Assembly: GCA_000165425.1 (NCBI GenBank)
Contig: CT868341.1
Coordinates: 124,001-188,000, forward strand
Length of the DNA stretch: 64,000 nucleotides
Direction: 5' to 3'
Source: Paramecium tetraurelia
Lineage: Eukaryota
In this document: in pieces, positions 1 through 12,120 of the stretch
Numbering within the stretch: the stretch's first letter is position 1
How the letters are laid out: each line of letters begins with the position of its first letter
The notes under the pieces: generated by a model
Told to the model about the DNA's origin: nothing
Seen by the model: only the letters and a program-made list of their open reading frames with translations
Database searches by the model: none
Translations under genes and position numbers: made by a program

Positions 1-498
1 ATTTAGTTGCTGCTTTGACAATCTAAGCAATAAAGGCAGGAGTCAGAGTTCCTGATGGTATTTTGTTGGCTTATCCTGCTCTTTCATTAAATATGAAGTC
101 ATTCACACCAAGTTTTTTAGTGTCACTTGATGATTTTTGTAAGAGAAATTCTTAAGATTTTAGTATTGCATCACACAGTCTTAAAATTATGTTTAAACTC
201 ATATGTATAGAAGGAATTTGATTCATAAGTTGATCCAATGCTCTCCCCTTCTATGGCTAGCGATGAAATTTTAAGATAATTTCCTAAAACTCGGATCGCT
301 GTTGGTACTTATGACCCACTTCATGATGAAAGCTTTAGGTTATTATAAAAGTTGGTTTAATTGAAAAAGGATGTGAAATTGATTGAATACTAATCTATGC
401 CTCATGGTTTTTTATCTTTTGATATAATTAATGGAATGAAAGAAGCTAAATAAACTGTTATTGATGCTTAAAATTACCTTTTAGAAATGCTAAATTGA
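1..498 (+). CDS. Hormone-sensitive-lipase-like alpha/beta hydrolase, 3' part (5' end outside window)
   Basis: Table 6 translation LVAALTIQAIKAGVRVPDGILLAYP...VGTYDPLHDESF...SMPHGFLSF...EMLN*; DPLxD and HGF catalytic-triad motifs of the HSL family; 25-nt intron 139-163. Confidence 0.85.
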
Positions 499-525
499 AA
501 TATTTTATTATAAATAATTATTATT

Positions 526-1213
526 ATGAGTGCTAAAAACTTTAGATTAATACACAATAAAACATTACCATCATTCTAATACTAAAATGAGCCTCTGTAA
601 GTGAATGACAAATATCAAGTGTATATGTCTGTTTAGCCTAATGCTGTCGAATAATTGATCGTAAAAGATTAAGCAAAACCTAAAACCTCTATTTTAGATA
701 AATTTGTTGATACAGACAAAAACAGAAGCAGAACATCCCATAATCCAGGATTACTTCAATAAAACTCTTTGAAAAATGAGAAGCCTAATTAAACTGTCTA
801 ATTTGCTGATGATGTTTAGACTCGTCAATAACATATTCAGAATTAGAATTAAACCAACATCAATCATAATAATAAGAAAACTGTTACATTAAAAAATCTC
901 CAATCAACATTACTATTTGATGAGAGAACGAATTCAGTACCTAAAGCGGCTATATAAAATCACATTATTGATGACATAGTAAAGAACGGAGATATCATTC
1001 TAAAGCAAAAGGGATTATTGAATTAGGTTTAAAACTTAAAAAGATTAAAGTTGCTTAAATAGTATGAGTTTAATCAGTAAGAATCATAATCATTTTAGCT
1101 ATTGCTTGCCTGGTATTGGAAAATCCCCTTATGTCTTCAATGATGCCCATTCAAAAAGCACCAATCCAGGTTACTCTAGAAACAAAGAAGGAGGAAAGTT
1201 TTTCACAAGATGA
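526..1213 (+). CDS. Hypothetical protein, low-complexity with a motif-like C-terminus
   Basis: ATG 526, open in table 6, 22-nt intron 1077-1098, ends YVFNDAHSKSTNPGYSRNKEGGKFFTR*. Confidence 0.7.
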
Positions 1214-1771
1214 TTAATATCAAAATACGAAATAATATCTGCTCTTTTAAAGCTTTATATATATCCGTATTTATTACTTTATTTAATTGTCTTCATTTTC
1301 TTGTATTAACCTTCAATATTTATATGATTTAAGATTAAGTAAAATTATATGATTATAATATTGTTATGTTTAAAAAGAAATCCTATTAATTATATAAGAT
1401 ATAGTTCTTTTTAAGATCAGATCATGTTTCATCAAAAAAATAATAAATAGATATTAAAAGTATAATCAATTAAAATATTTCAAGTATTTATTTTTTTATA
1501 GTTCTCATGGAAAATAAGGAAGACAATATTATGGCTTTAGCAAAAAGAAATTTTGAGGAAGAAGATATGAGAAAATTGATTGTAAGCATTGAAAAATTCA
1601 ATTATTATACTGATATTTAAGTTAGTGTAAAAATAAGCTTGTGAGACAAGTTTAAAATTCTAATGAAAGTATAACAGAAATTTCTTGAATATTTAACAAT
1701 GAATTATTATATATATGAATGCTTATTTTTGTTGAATGTTTATTGAAAAATCAAAATTACGGATACTACAT

Positions 1772-2520
1772 TCATTTTTATTTATTTCTATATGAAATCT
1801 TGAATATATTTATTTTATTGTCATCTCCTGCTTCAGTTTTAATTGGATAAGATATATCGTAATTTTTTTCTAATTTTGTTGTGCTCTTTGTACTGCTATT
1901 TAGTGTGCTTCTATGGGAATTCTATGTAAATTGATTAAATTGGTCTTGGTTAGAATCTTCTATTCTAAGTCTATGGGTTCTGGGTTCATAGATATTTATT
2001 TTTTTATTTGTGACAGGTAAATTAAGCTTAAAAGGATGCTGTTGGATGTTAGAATTTTTAATTTAGCTAATATATTTGTTTAAAGTAAATTTATGGTTTT
2101 AGGGAGTTTAGATGTTAGGTTACTTTTTAGGTTTACTTGACGATAAGAGCTTTTAGATCTACTATAATAGGGGAATAGATAATTACAAGAAACTAATACC
2201 TTTTACAATTATTCACTGACAGTCGGCACGGAAGCAGCGAATTTTCCTCTTTATGCATTTGTATTGATCACTCTTTATATAATCTTTTGTTTCAACACAC
2301 CTGGATTTATCTATGTAGATTTTGTCGCTTTAGTTATTGTAACATATTTACTATCCTTTCTTTGACTTTAGCCATAAAACTGTCGACTCAATTACAAATA
2401 ATAGTCTTAATTATTGCTTTCCTTGAGAAATGTTTCATCAGGATTAATTAGTTAAGAATCATCTTTTTCCAGCATAAAACTCACAAAACCATCTTGCTAT
2501 TCAACTTATTATTTTTACAT
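1772..2520 (-). CDS. Hypothetical protein (splicing uncertain)
   Basis: ATG at 2520 opens MQKQQVEQQDGFVSFMLEKDD... for over 100 codons; a second open frame ends ...NIFKISYRNKQK*; joining them needs an intron near 2162-2199. Confidence 0.4.
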
Positions 2521-2861
2521 TATTAAATAATTAATATGAATAATTTTTGTGTATAAATAAATAAGTGGAAGATTTTATTGAAAACAGGTTTAGTATTAAA
2601 ATTTTTATCTGAAAATTCAAGATATACAGAAGTTATAACTTACTTAAATGGTGATCCATCATATTAAATATTTGTTTTATTAGAATATAACATCTTAATT
2701 AAAATTTCCTATAAGAATGTTACATTTTAATTTAATAAGGTTTATACAAGATTGAATAGTTCTTAAATATTATTTCAGAAAATAAATTAAGAAAATCTAA
2801 AATCAGTTTTGATTCAATGAATGTGTTTTTCATCTTAATTAAAATAAAAGTTATTTTTTTT

Positions 2862-5800
2862 ATGTCAACAGAATTGGATGGCTTGAAATCAGAAGTTAAT
2901 GAGTAAAATAATTTTATGATTCCTAGTTTAAAAGAAATGGTTGAGATGCTTGAAAGTGATAATTAAAGTAAGGATGAGGAAATAAAGCTGATTAAGGCAA
3001 ATCTCCAAAAAAAAGATTAAGAAATTGCATCTCTTAAAATTAAACTAGTAGGCATGGATTCAAATAATAGTCAAATGGATCATAATTAAAATTAGATAGA
3101 ACAATTTTAAAGTTAGATAGCAGTGCTTTAATAATAATTATCTGAACTAAAGTAAAAATATAGAATAAATTAGAAATCAAATAGATGACAAGAATTTGGA
3201 AATTGAAGTGCTAAAACATGATCATTAAGAAGAATTGAAAAATTTGATTACTTAGAAGTAAGAAATACCTGATAATAACCAAACTGATGGAGAAATAGAA
3301 AAATTATAAAACATTATCTCTTAGCTTCAACAAGATAAAAGTGAATTAACAATTTAGTATTATTGATCAATATCAAGGTGTAATTAAGAAATAGATAAGT
3401 TGAAAAAAGAGTTAGAGCAATCCCAAATATAAAATTAAGAGCTATTATTAAATTCCTAAGTATTTTAATTTTAATTGCTATATAGAAAATTGAGTCCAAA
3501 AACAATGAAATCAATGAAGATTTAATTTAGAAACAATAGGTTGAAGTAAGCAATTCAAATTAATAAGATCTCACAATTACGATTAAGTGTTGAACTATTG
3601 TCCAATCAGTTGCATATTCAAGAATAAGAAAAGCATAAATTAGAAACAGAAAACAATGAATTAAAATTGAATCAACAAAACTAGGTTGAAAATATTGGAA
3701 CTCTTCTGAATAAAATGGAATCACCTAGAAGTGAATAGAACTCATAAAATAATGAAGAGATTGAACAAATGTAGAATATGATTTTAGATTTATAATAAGA
3801 GGATGAGGCTAATAAAAAGAAGATTGAAAAGTTGAATAGTGAGGTTAAATAATTAAAATAGTAATTACAATAATTAAACCAACTAAACTAGGAATTTTAA
3901 CTAGATATTGAATAGAAAAATATTGAAATTAATGAAGAATAAGCAAAAGTATCTTCACTTGAAGAGGAATTAGTTACTTATGAATAAAAATTCGCTGATG
4001 TTGTTTAAAATAAGTAGAAATTGTCTACTGAATATCAATTAGCTTAATAAACTCTATAATAATTTGATTTGCTGTAGTAGGATAATGTCCAGCTTTAGTT
4101 GTTACTTAATTCAAAGACTGAAGAGTTAGAAGAGTTCAAAATGCATAATAAATTTGAGACTCAATATTTAGAGTTGAAAGAGGATTTTGATTAGTTTAAG
4201 GAATATGTGCAAGCCTAATTATTATAAAAAGATGAAGCTTTAGCAGAACAAAGTTAATAATTGATTGATTATGAACTATGCAAAGAACAATTAATCATGT
4301 TTAATCAACAATGTTAATTATTATAAGAATAATTGAATAAGTAGACAGAAAATAATGAGTAACTTTAAGATCAATATCAAAACAGCTTACTACAAATTCA
4401 ACAGATCAATAATAATAATCTATAGTTTTAAGATATTCAATCTTAGAATTCATTCTTAAAGTAAGAGATTGAAACTGTGAAATCTGATAACATATCAAAA
4501 TAAGAGATTATTGCAGATTTGGAAACATAACTAAAAATATAATAATAGTTGGAAGAAGAATCTCCATTGAAATTGTAGAAATTATAATCAGAATATTCTG
4601 AAAATAGAAGTGAATATCTCAATCACAAAGAATAATGTCAAAGAGAAATTCATCAATATAAATAAGAAAAGACAATATTTTAATCTGATATACAAAATAT
4701 GAAAGAAATGATTAATGCATTTGTGTCTTAAAATAAGCAGTATCAACCTTAAGGAAAAACTGCAGAGGAATATTATGAAAAATTAGTTGATTTTGTATCT
4801 GATGATAAATTTGTTCATTAGCAGTAAGATATAACTAATGTCTTATAGGGAAGAATAGATTCTATTAAAACAACAATTGGAATTATATTAAAATAAGGTT
4901 TTTGTTGATGGATAATGCTAAATGAAACCTGAAGTAAATGACTAAGAAAGTATTACTAACTAAATTGAAATATTTGATAAGAGTACACAATCGGAGTAGG
5001 TGGACAGCAGCTTATCTGGATCTATGTGGCTCAATAATGATATAAATAACTCAAAAGATGATTAATATCAATAAATGAAGTACTCTGATAATTAATATAT
5101 TTAGGAAAAAAAATGAGGATCTTGATTAGTTATTGAAAAACTATGAAAAAGAAGTTTCGAGTTTGAAATAATAAAATAAACTATTGCAAAAGAAGATAGA
5201 TTCTAATTAGAAATCGAATCCATAGGAAAGATTAGGAAAAAGAGTTAGCTTATTTGAGTAAACTTAGCCAAGAAAATCAAAATAAATTCAGTATTTGAAT
5301 TATTGAGTATTAGTTTAAATTTATGTGAGTCATAGTAGATAGACGATCAATAAAGAGAATATCTATTTATGAAAGAGTTAATTGAAAACTTAAAAAAAGA
5401 CGTTAAGTAACGTTCACAATAAAATGATGATCTAATGAATGAGATTAAGCAAATATAGGAAAAACACTAAGAGGAATAATATAGATTAGAAGAATAGCTT
5501 CAATCTTAAATTCTAATTAATCAAACAAGAAATAAGAGTGTTGATATTAATTAAACAATCATTTCTCAAGTCAATACTACCATGATCTAATTGAATTAGA
5601 TTGAACTGTTCTTGGTTGTAAAATCCTAAAAGAACTTTTCATTTCCCTATATAGAATTTAATAGAAAGTATTGAATTTATGGTATACTAAAAGATAGATT
5701 AAATTTTATTCTCAAGGGAAAACTAGAATTGAAAAGTAAATTTATGAAACTTTCACATTTGATGATGTGTTCCTCGATATTCAAAAAGTGAGACAATATT

Positions 5801-6810
5801 TCCAGTTCTATGGAAAGATAAGTTTAGATTAAAGCAGAATGTTCCTTATTGTTGGTTAATCAAGTATTTATATATTTTTAAAATTAGAAACGCAAAAGAA
5901 ATTCTTATTGTTGATGTTTCTTGATGAATATTATAACTCTATAAAAGAGTAAAAGTTTAAGTTAAATTATAAACTTAGATTATAAATTTAATACTCAGAA
6001 AGAATAGGGAATAATTGGTCAATTCTAGATTAATTGAGTAAAGATTTACACATAGATAATGAGAACTTGAATTCAAGTCTATAATAACTGGACTTAATCA
6101 TTCAACATATTAAGTTTTATTTGTATGGTAAAAACCAGCAAACCAAGACTTTAGGAAAAGAAAAAATAAGATAATTAATAATAACTTACAGTATAGTTTT
6201 TAAAGACCAGACATACACACAATAATTCATCATAACCACTATTCCTGTTGTTCCAAGGTGTTAATTCCCAAAATTCTTAAAAAAAATCTTCAATCACACA
6301 CCATCTTTGTAGTTTAAGTATTATTGCTTATTAACTATTAATCCAATTTTATTGCATTACAACCAGACTGTAGATATTATGTATTTGGCTAAAATGGTGT
6401 ATGCTTAAAACAATTAAGAGGATCTCAATAAATAAATGAAAATAGATGATGAAAGTGTTAGATAAGTTAGATAAGCAAATGGGTAGGTCATAATTAAGAA
6501 CTAAGAAATTGATATATTAAAAAAACAAATTGAGCATTTCAAAAAACAGTATAATGATATGCTACAAAAGCAAGAAAATAAATAATAATTATTTTAATAA
6601 ATATAATTTCAACTTTAGAATGTTATTGTAGATATCAAATTAAAAATGAGTTAATCAAAAACTAATAAGAATAGTAAAATACCTTGTCCAGAGGCTTAAT
6701 TTTACGATAAATTAATTGCCTAATTAGAAAATCTAACAAGAAAACTTTCTCCAATTCAATAGGTTCTAAATACTGATAGATCAATAAGTCCCTCAATGTA
6801 GAATTATTGA
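2862..6810 (+). CDS. Long coiled-coil protein (about 1250 aa) with a degenerate kinesin-motor-like region near the C-terminus
   Basis: MSTELDGLKSEVNE...; Q/E/K-rich heptads open in table 6 across several 22-26 nt introns; motor-like motifs ETFTFDDVF and LLTINP..YNQTVDIMYLAK; TGA 6808-6810. Confidence 0.75.
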
Positions 6811-6874
6811 TATTTATGTGTTTTATTTTATTGAGTGCCCTCTATGAACTTTTATTTATAAGAAGATTAAACGA

Positions 6875-7183
6875 TCATTAAATCTGTTTTAAGTATTAAA
6901 TATTCTCCGTTCCGACACATAGTCCCTCTTTTTGTTAATGTATTGAATTTTTTATGAACTTTGAATAAAAATTTATTATTTATAGTTTATTTACATTTAT
7001 TATTATATCTCCAGCCTTAATTTGCAATAGACAATTAAGAATTGTGCGCTTCTCTAGCAACCATTCATCTGTTTCTTAATTTTCAGGATTTAAATATTAA
7101 ATTTCCAAATTTATTCTTTTACTGTTAAATTCCATTTTTTTTTATAGTTTGATGTAATGAGTCTATATCAACAGAGAATTCAT
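6875..7183 (-). CDS. Possible small hypothetical protein (102 aa)
   Basis: Intronless table-6 ORF MNSLLIQTHY...NPENQETDEWLLEKRTILNCLLQIKAG...*; no recognisable domain. Confidence 0.3.
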
Positions 7184-7505
7184 TTCCTTCTTAATATTTG
7201 AGAATCGTTTAATACTAGAAAGCCTATAACATTCAATAGTTTTCTCTCAATGACATAGTTAAAATTCAAAAAAATAATTCAATTCATTGTAAAAATATAA
7301 GGATTACTAAATTTGTCCTAGTATATCTAAATGGTTGTAGTAGATGTAATATAAAAAATATATCATAATTAACTTTGCTTAAAGGTTCATAATTAATTAT
7401 TATAAAATATTAGGGAAAAGAATAAACCAGGAAAGTAATTGGGATTGAATTATTTTAAGGATATCTACATAAACGATTATTTAATAACTAACTTATGGAT
7501 ATAAT

Positions 7506-7685
7506 TCATTCAAACCCATACTTTTTTAAACATACTTTATGGTTTTCTATTTCCTTCTTACATTATTCTTCTCCATTGAAAATAATGCATTCATCCCTCA
7601 ATTATCTGGTCTCTGGACAAGCACTGCATGCTTTGCATTCCTATTGGGGTTAAGCTTGTGTCTAGACTGAGTTGGAATTTCCCAT
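7506..7685 (-). CDS. COX17: Cytochrome c oxidase copper chaperone COX17 (59 aa)
   Basis: MGNSNSVQTQAQPQQECKACSACPETRQLRDECIIFNGEEQCKKEIENHKVCLKKYGFE*; twin CX9C and CPET..RD.C...GEE.C...IE.HK.C....GF pattern. Confidence 0.93.
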
Positions 7686-8778
7686 AATACACCTATTAAA
7701 TAGAGTAATTATTTTATTTAATTAATTTAAGAAACTATTAGGTAGGAAAAAATTATTATGAAAACTATGAATTAATAGCAATCTCAAAGAAGAATTGAGA
7801 TAGTTACAATCAAGTCAACTAAGAGGTTTAGAATTAGCTAGATATTTAAATTATAATATCAATGCCAAAACTAGCTATTAGTCCATAGTTATACATTTTC
7901 TTTATAATCTCTAATACTTTGTTTATACTTGTCAATTAAGTACACAAACTAGGTCCCATCTGCTAAATAGAGCTGCTATTTATATTTTAACAATATTAAA
8001 ATTGATTTTGATTTCTAATTAAACAAGATCTTTACAATTAGTTTTATTATTTAATTTATCTCTATTAAAGTTTAACGTATTGTGTCATTTCTTTTGAATT
8101 CAATCTTTAAAGTGTAAAATCTGAAAGTGAGAATGAACAAAAAATTTCTAATTATGGCAATTATAGTACTGGTTATTTCTTGAGCTTTGATTTAAGTAGC
8201 ACAGTTATCAGTCCAATTGACAAGTATGTAATACCTAATATTTAAAAGAATAAAACATATTAGATTGATGTAAATCATTTCTTAAAACATTCCTAAATTT
8301 AGGAATAATAATCAATAAAATAATTTTTATATTTTTTAATAGAATTTACTATTTTTTAAACATTGTTATACGAAAGCCCTTTATTTCAAAAAACTTATTA
8401 AGAATTATAGTTAAGCCTTACATTTCTATTCAAATCATTAACTAGGTTCCACTAACAACTTTAAAGTTATGGAATTTAGAATCCATTACCTTTTTAAATT
8501 ATATAAATACTTTAAATCATTAATTCCAGTTAGATACATCAACTATGAAAACTGATGTATTATCAAAAATGCATTTAATAAAAAACAATTTGATTTGTTT
8601 AATAATTTACGAGATCAAGAAATCTACTAAGATAACTCAAAGATAGATTCAAAAAATATTATTTACTCCAATTAAAAGAAAAATCTACAAATGAAAAGAA
8701 TCCATAGATATTTTATTTTAATATTAAAAAATAACGATAAATTTAAATTAATAAGATAAATCGAAATATTATATATAT

Positions 8779-10360
8779 TCAATTCCCAGATTTAATATAT
8801 TAAGAAACCTATAATGGTTTGGTATAATACAAATAAACTCTATTTGCAAGTTCACCTTCTTCCTAATAATATGGGATATTTTCAGTATCATCTATTTTCT
8901 CATCAATACTAGGACCATCTTAAATTTCTTTTTTTTAGAAATTTTCTTCTTGTTATTATTTTTATTGTTATTGCTATTATAATTTTTATTGTTTTTATTG
9001 GCTTATCTAAGGTTATTGTAAGGATTATGCAGAGTTGATTAGGGATTATTATTATTATTATTGTTGTTAAAGTTGATTAGATATAAAGATGGAACTCTTT
9101 TTTGAAGATAAGTTATTATTCGACACTCTCTCTGGAGAATGAATAAAACCTAATTTAGACTCCATTAGTTTAGTGTCGATAAACCTTTAGCTTACTTGAT
9201 TTGCTAACTCCTTTTCATGTTCATCAATAATTTTTTCTAACTCTCTTTTTTTCTTTCCCTCTAAAGCGTCATATTTTAGCTAGAATAGATTAAAATAGTT
9301 ACAGAAATGTACTTGTCTACTTTTTATACTTCTTCGTATAAGGCTTCTAAGAGTTTGATTTAGGGATCTTCCTTAATTTTGAATCTAGTGAGTAAAATAA
9401 AGTAACATTCTGAAATAGAATAGGAATCATACTTGCTTTTTTATCGTATTTTGCCCTGTATTAGCCAAAATTTCCTCTATAGCTGAATTGTTCAGGAGGT
9501 TCTTTTGGTTTTGCTTTAGGATCATTTGGATCTAACTACTTAGCCTTAATTTCTGCTTCTAATTTAACTCTCTCTTGACTCCAAGTCTTATCAATTGGAA
9601 ATCCTTTTCTTATGAACATGAAAAAGAATTATCTATTGTAATCCCACATCATGAAGCATCGAAATATTTTTATGAGTGTATCAGCACTTAAATCCTTATC
9701 TGAATTAAATGCAGAACTTTATTTATAGCCAACAGAGCCATTCTGAATTTAGGATATAGCCCTTTGATTGGATGAACTATTAATTTATGATCCAACTTTT
9801 AGTTATGATTATATTTAGCTCTGAATTTAATTAAATTAAAGTACTTGTTATTAAAGCATATTATCAGGCTTAGCCTCATAAGGTTCTTCAAAGGCTTTCA
9901 CCTTTCCATGTTTTCTAGCATAATCTTATTCTTTCATTTCAAGCAATTTCTCAATGGTTTCAGTTTCTTTTTTTTCCAAATCCTCTTTTTTAATCTAAGA
10001 ATGCATATGCATAATTTACTTTTTAGTAATTAGGCATACTTTAAAAGAGTTCATATATTTCACTCAAAACTTAATTTTGATAATCCTCTCTAACTTCATT
10101 GCTGCTCAATAGAATGAAATAACATTCTTTTATATTCAGAATATGTTACTGTTCAGTTTGTCATACTTACATTTAAACTTCCCATAGTCTGTGGGTTACT
10201 CAAAATTATCTTTGGGTTCTTTGACCATTTCTTGAAGTTTATTTTCCAATTCCTTTCTACAGCCATTCCATTTAGGAGACACCTAAAAACCTCTTCTTAT
10301 AAACATAAGGAAGAAACTTCTTTAGTAATCATAAATCATGAAAGCTCTAAATGCTGACAT
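8779..10360 (-). CDS. Protein with two tandem longin-like domains and a Q-rich tail
   Basis: Two homologous repeats of about 140 aa (FRAFMIYDYQRSFFLMFIRRGF vs FRCFMMWDYNRQFFFMFIRKGF; KYDKLNKCYFILLS vs KYDKKAKCYFILLT); five short introns; TAA/CAA poly-Q tail; TGA at 8779. Confidence 0.75.
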
Positions 10361-10601
10361 GTTTACTTTCTAAATAAAAAATTATTATTTAATAAAAAAT
10401 TCAATAGAAATTTGTTTTAGAACAAAATGTATAGTCTAGATGATAGAGGATATGATGGCTTTCAGTTTAAAGGACACTTTGATTGAAACATATGTGCAAA
10501 GGATCGAATTGTAATTTAGTCTTCTTAGTAGTGTTATATATATGTTTATATATTATTAAAAATATATTGCAATAAATTTTGAAGAGCAATAAAATTTAAT
10601 T

Positions 10602-11261
10602 ATGAGATCGCTACAATAGATGCAAAAAGTAACTAAGAAGGTTATTATTATAAATCAGAAGTAAGTACAATGTGGTGATTTACTCATAGATCAAATTTGA
10701 TAAGTGAAAATAATAATCTGAAGAATATTCAAAATGTTTAAGTAAAAGATGCTGACAGAAAGAATGCTTATATTGAAGAACAGGTTCCAAAATAATTTGA
10801 GGGTAATTGATTAGGTTAAAATAGATAACATGCAATTTGAGAGCCAATAATCCATTTAGGAAATGATGATGTTGTATTAAAAGAATTGCACCTAATTATC
10901 GGAATTCTAATCTCAAATACAGGAGTTAAAATAGAGAGTCTAATTGATTGAGTAAAAATTTTAAGAAATCGAAGCAACGAACAAGAAAAAGAAGAAGAGG
11001 AGAACTGCAGCTGAAATTGATAAGAATTTTAAAGTGTGTATTGAATATATCTATTTTGTAGTGTCCTTATAAAAATTGCGAGAAGGTTTACGGATCAGAT
11101 GTTTCATTGAATCTACACATTAAATTCAAACATAATGGAGGTAATAAGAGTGAACGTCAGAAAATCATTGTAAAATTAACTATTGTTTATAATAGAAATA
11201 ATTGCAGGCTGGAGAAATATCCGAAAAAGATATTCAAAATATCAATCTACCACCTGTATGA
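10602..11261 (+). CDS. C2H2 zinc-finger protein with a preceding coiled coil and basic NLS-like segment
   Basis: After four short introns reads KKKKRRTAAEIDKNFK/CPYKNCEKVYGSDVSLNLHIKFKHNGGNKSERQK (CX4C...HX4H); start codon uncertain. Confidence 0.75.
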
Positions 11262-11429
11262 AAAAATACATTTCAATCCCAAAATAAATTTGATTTCAAA
11301 TTAATTTATGTGTTTACAAGAAATTTATATTCCGCCATTTTTTTGGAATTTAAACTAGGCATTTTTAACGAAATTTTAAATTTGAATGCCACATTATTTT
11401 TATTATTATAGTTTAGAACCACATTCAAC

Positions 11430-11929
11430 ATGTCTAAATTATAAGATACAAATAGAAAATTCAATAATTCAAAATAACGATGGGTATAATTATAATAATA
11501 TAATTTTCTACAGGAAACATTAACAGCCAATATCAAAAACAAAGAAAACATTTAAGTTAATAACAAAATCACAGTCAAAAAAACCATCAAAAAGTACTCA
11601 ACAGCCCTCACCTTTGAAAAAACAAAGCCCTTACCTTAAAGAACAATAACTAAATATTTCAAATTGACTAACTATAAAAAATATCCTCACTTGCAGTTAT
11701 ATGATTCAAAAGGCTCTGTAAGAGAGTTCTAATGTTACGATGACAAAGTACTCAACATACCACCGGCTTTTAATTAGATTATTTCACAAGTACATACTCT
11801 AAATAATTATTATAGTCTATGGATAATGATTGTTAATCTGATAATGAGCAAGTTGAATCTGCAGTCAGATAACTAAGCTACTTTCTCGAATCTACTTTAA
11901 ATTAATACAAATAATAACACTCTTAATGA
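11430..11929 (+). CDS. Hypothetical protein
   Basis: MSKLQDTNRK...FQCYDDKVLNIPP...SMDNDCQSDNEQVESAVRQL...*; two GT-AG introns (30 and 26 nt). Confidence 0.65.
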
Positions 11930-12120
11930 AGTCTATAAATGTTTGTTTAGGTTTTAGATTATTTTATATTTGATCCTTCTCTTCTTTTTACAATCATTTA
12001 GTATATAAGAAGATGGTATCAATTCTAATTTCAACCTTAATTTCAATTCCCTAAAATAATAATAGGTATCAAGAGACCAAAATTGATTATTAATACTATA
12101 ATATTTTATATCATTAAATA

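Noticed and set aside
1423..1644. Short plus-strand frame MENKEDNIMALAKRNFEEED
   Set aside because: Only about 45 codons, with no domain and no convincing exon structure.
8950..9070. TTA/TTG microsatellite-like run, or array of stop codons
   Set aside because: Encodes poly-Gln on the minus strand under table 6; not a CRISPR array or mobile repeat.
10427..11290. Initially looked like a pseudogene
   Set aside because: Four short introns give an intact C2H2 zinc-finger gene from 10602.
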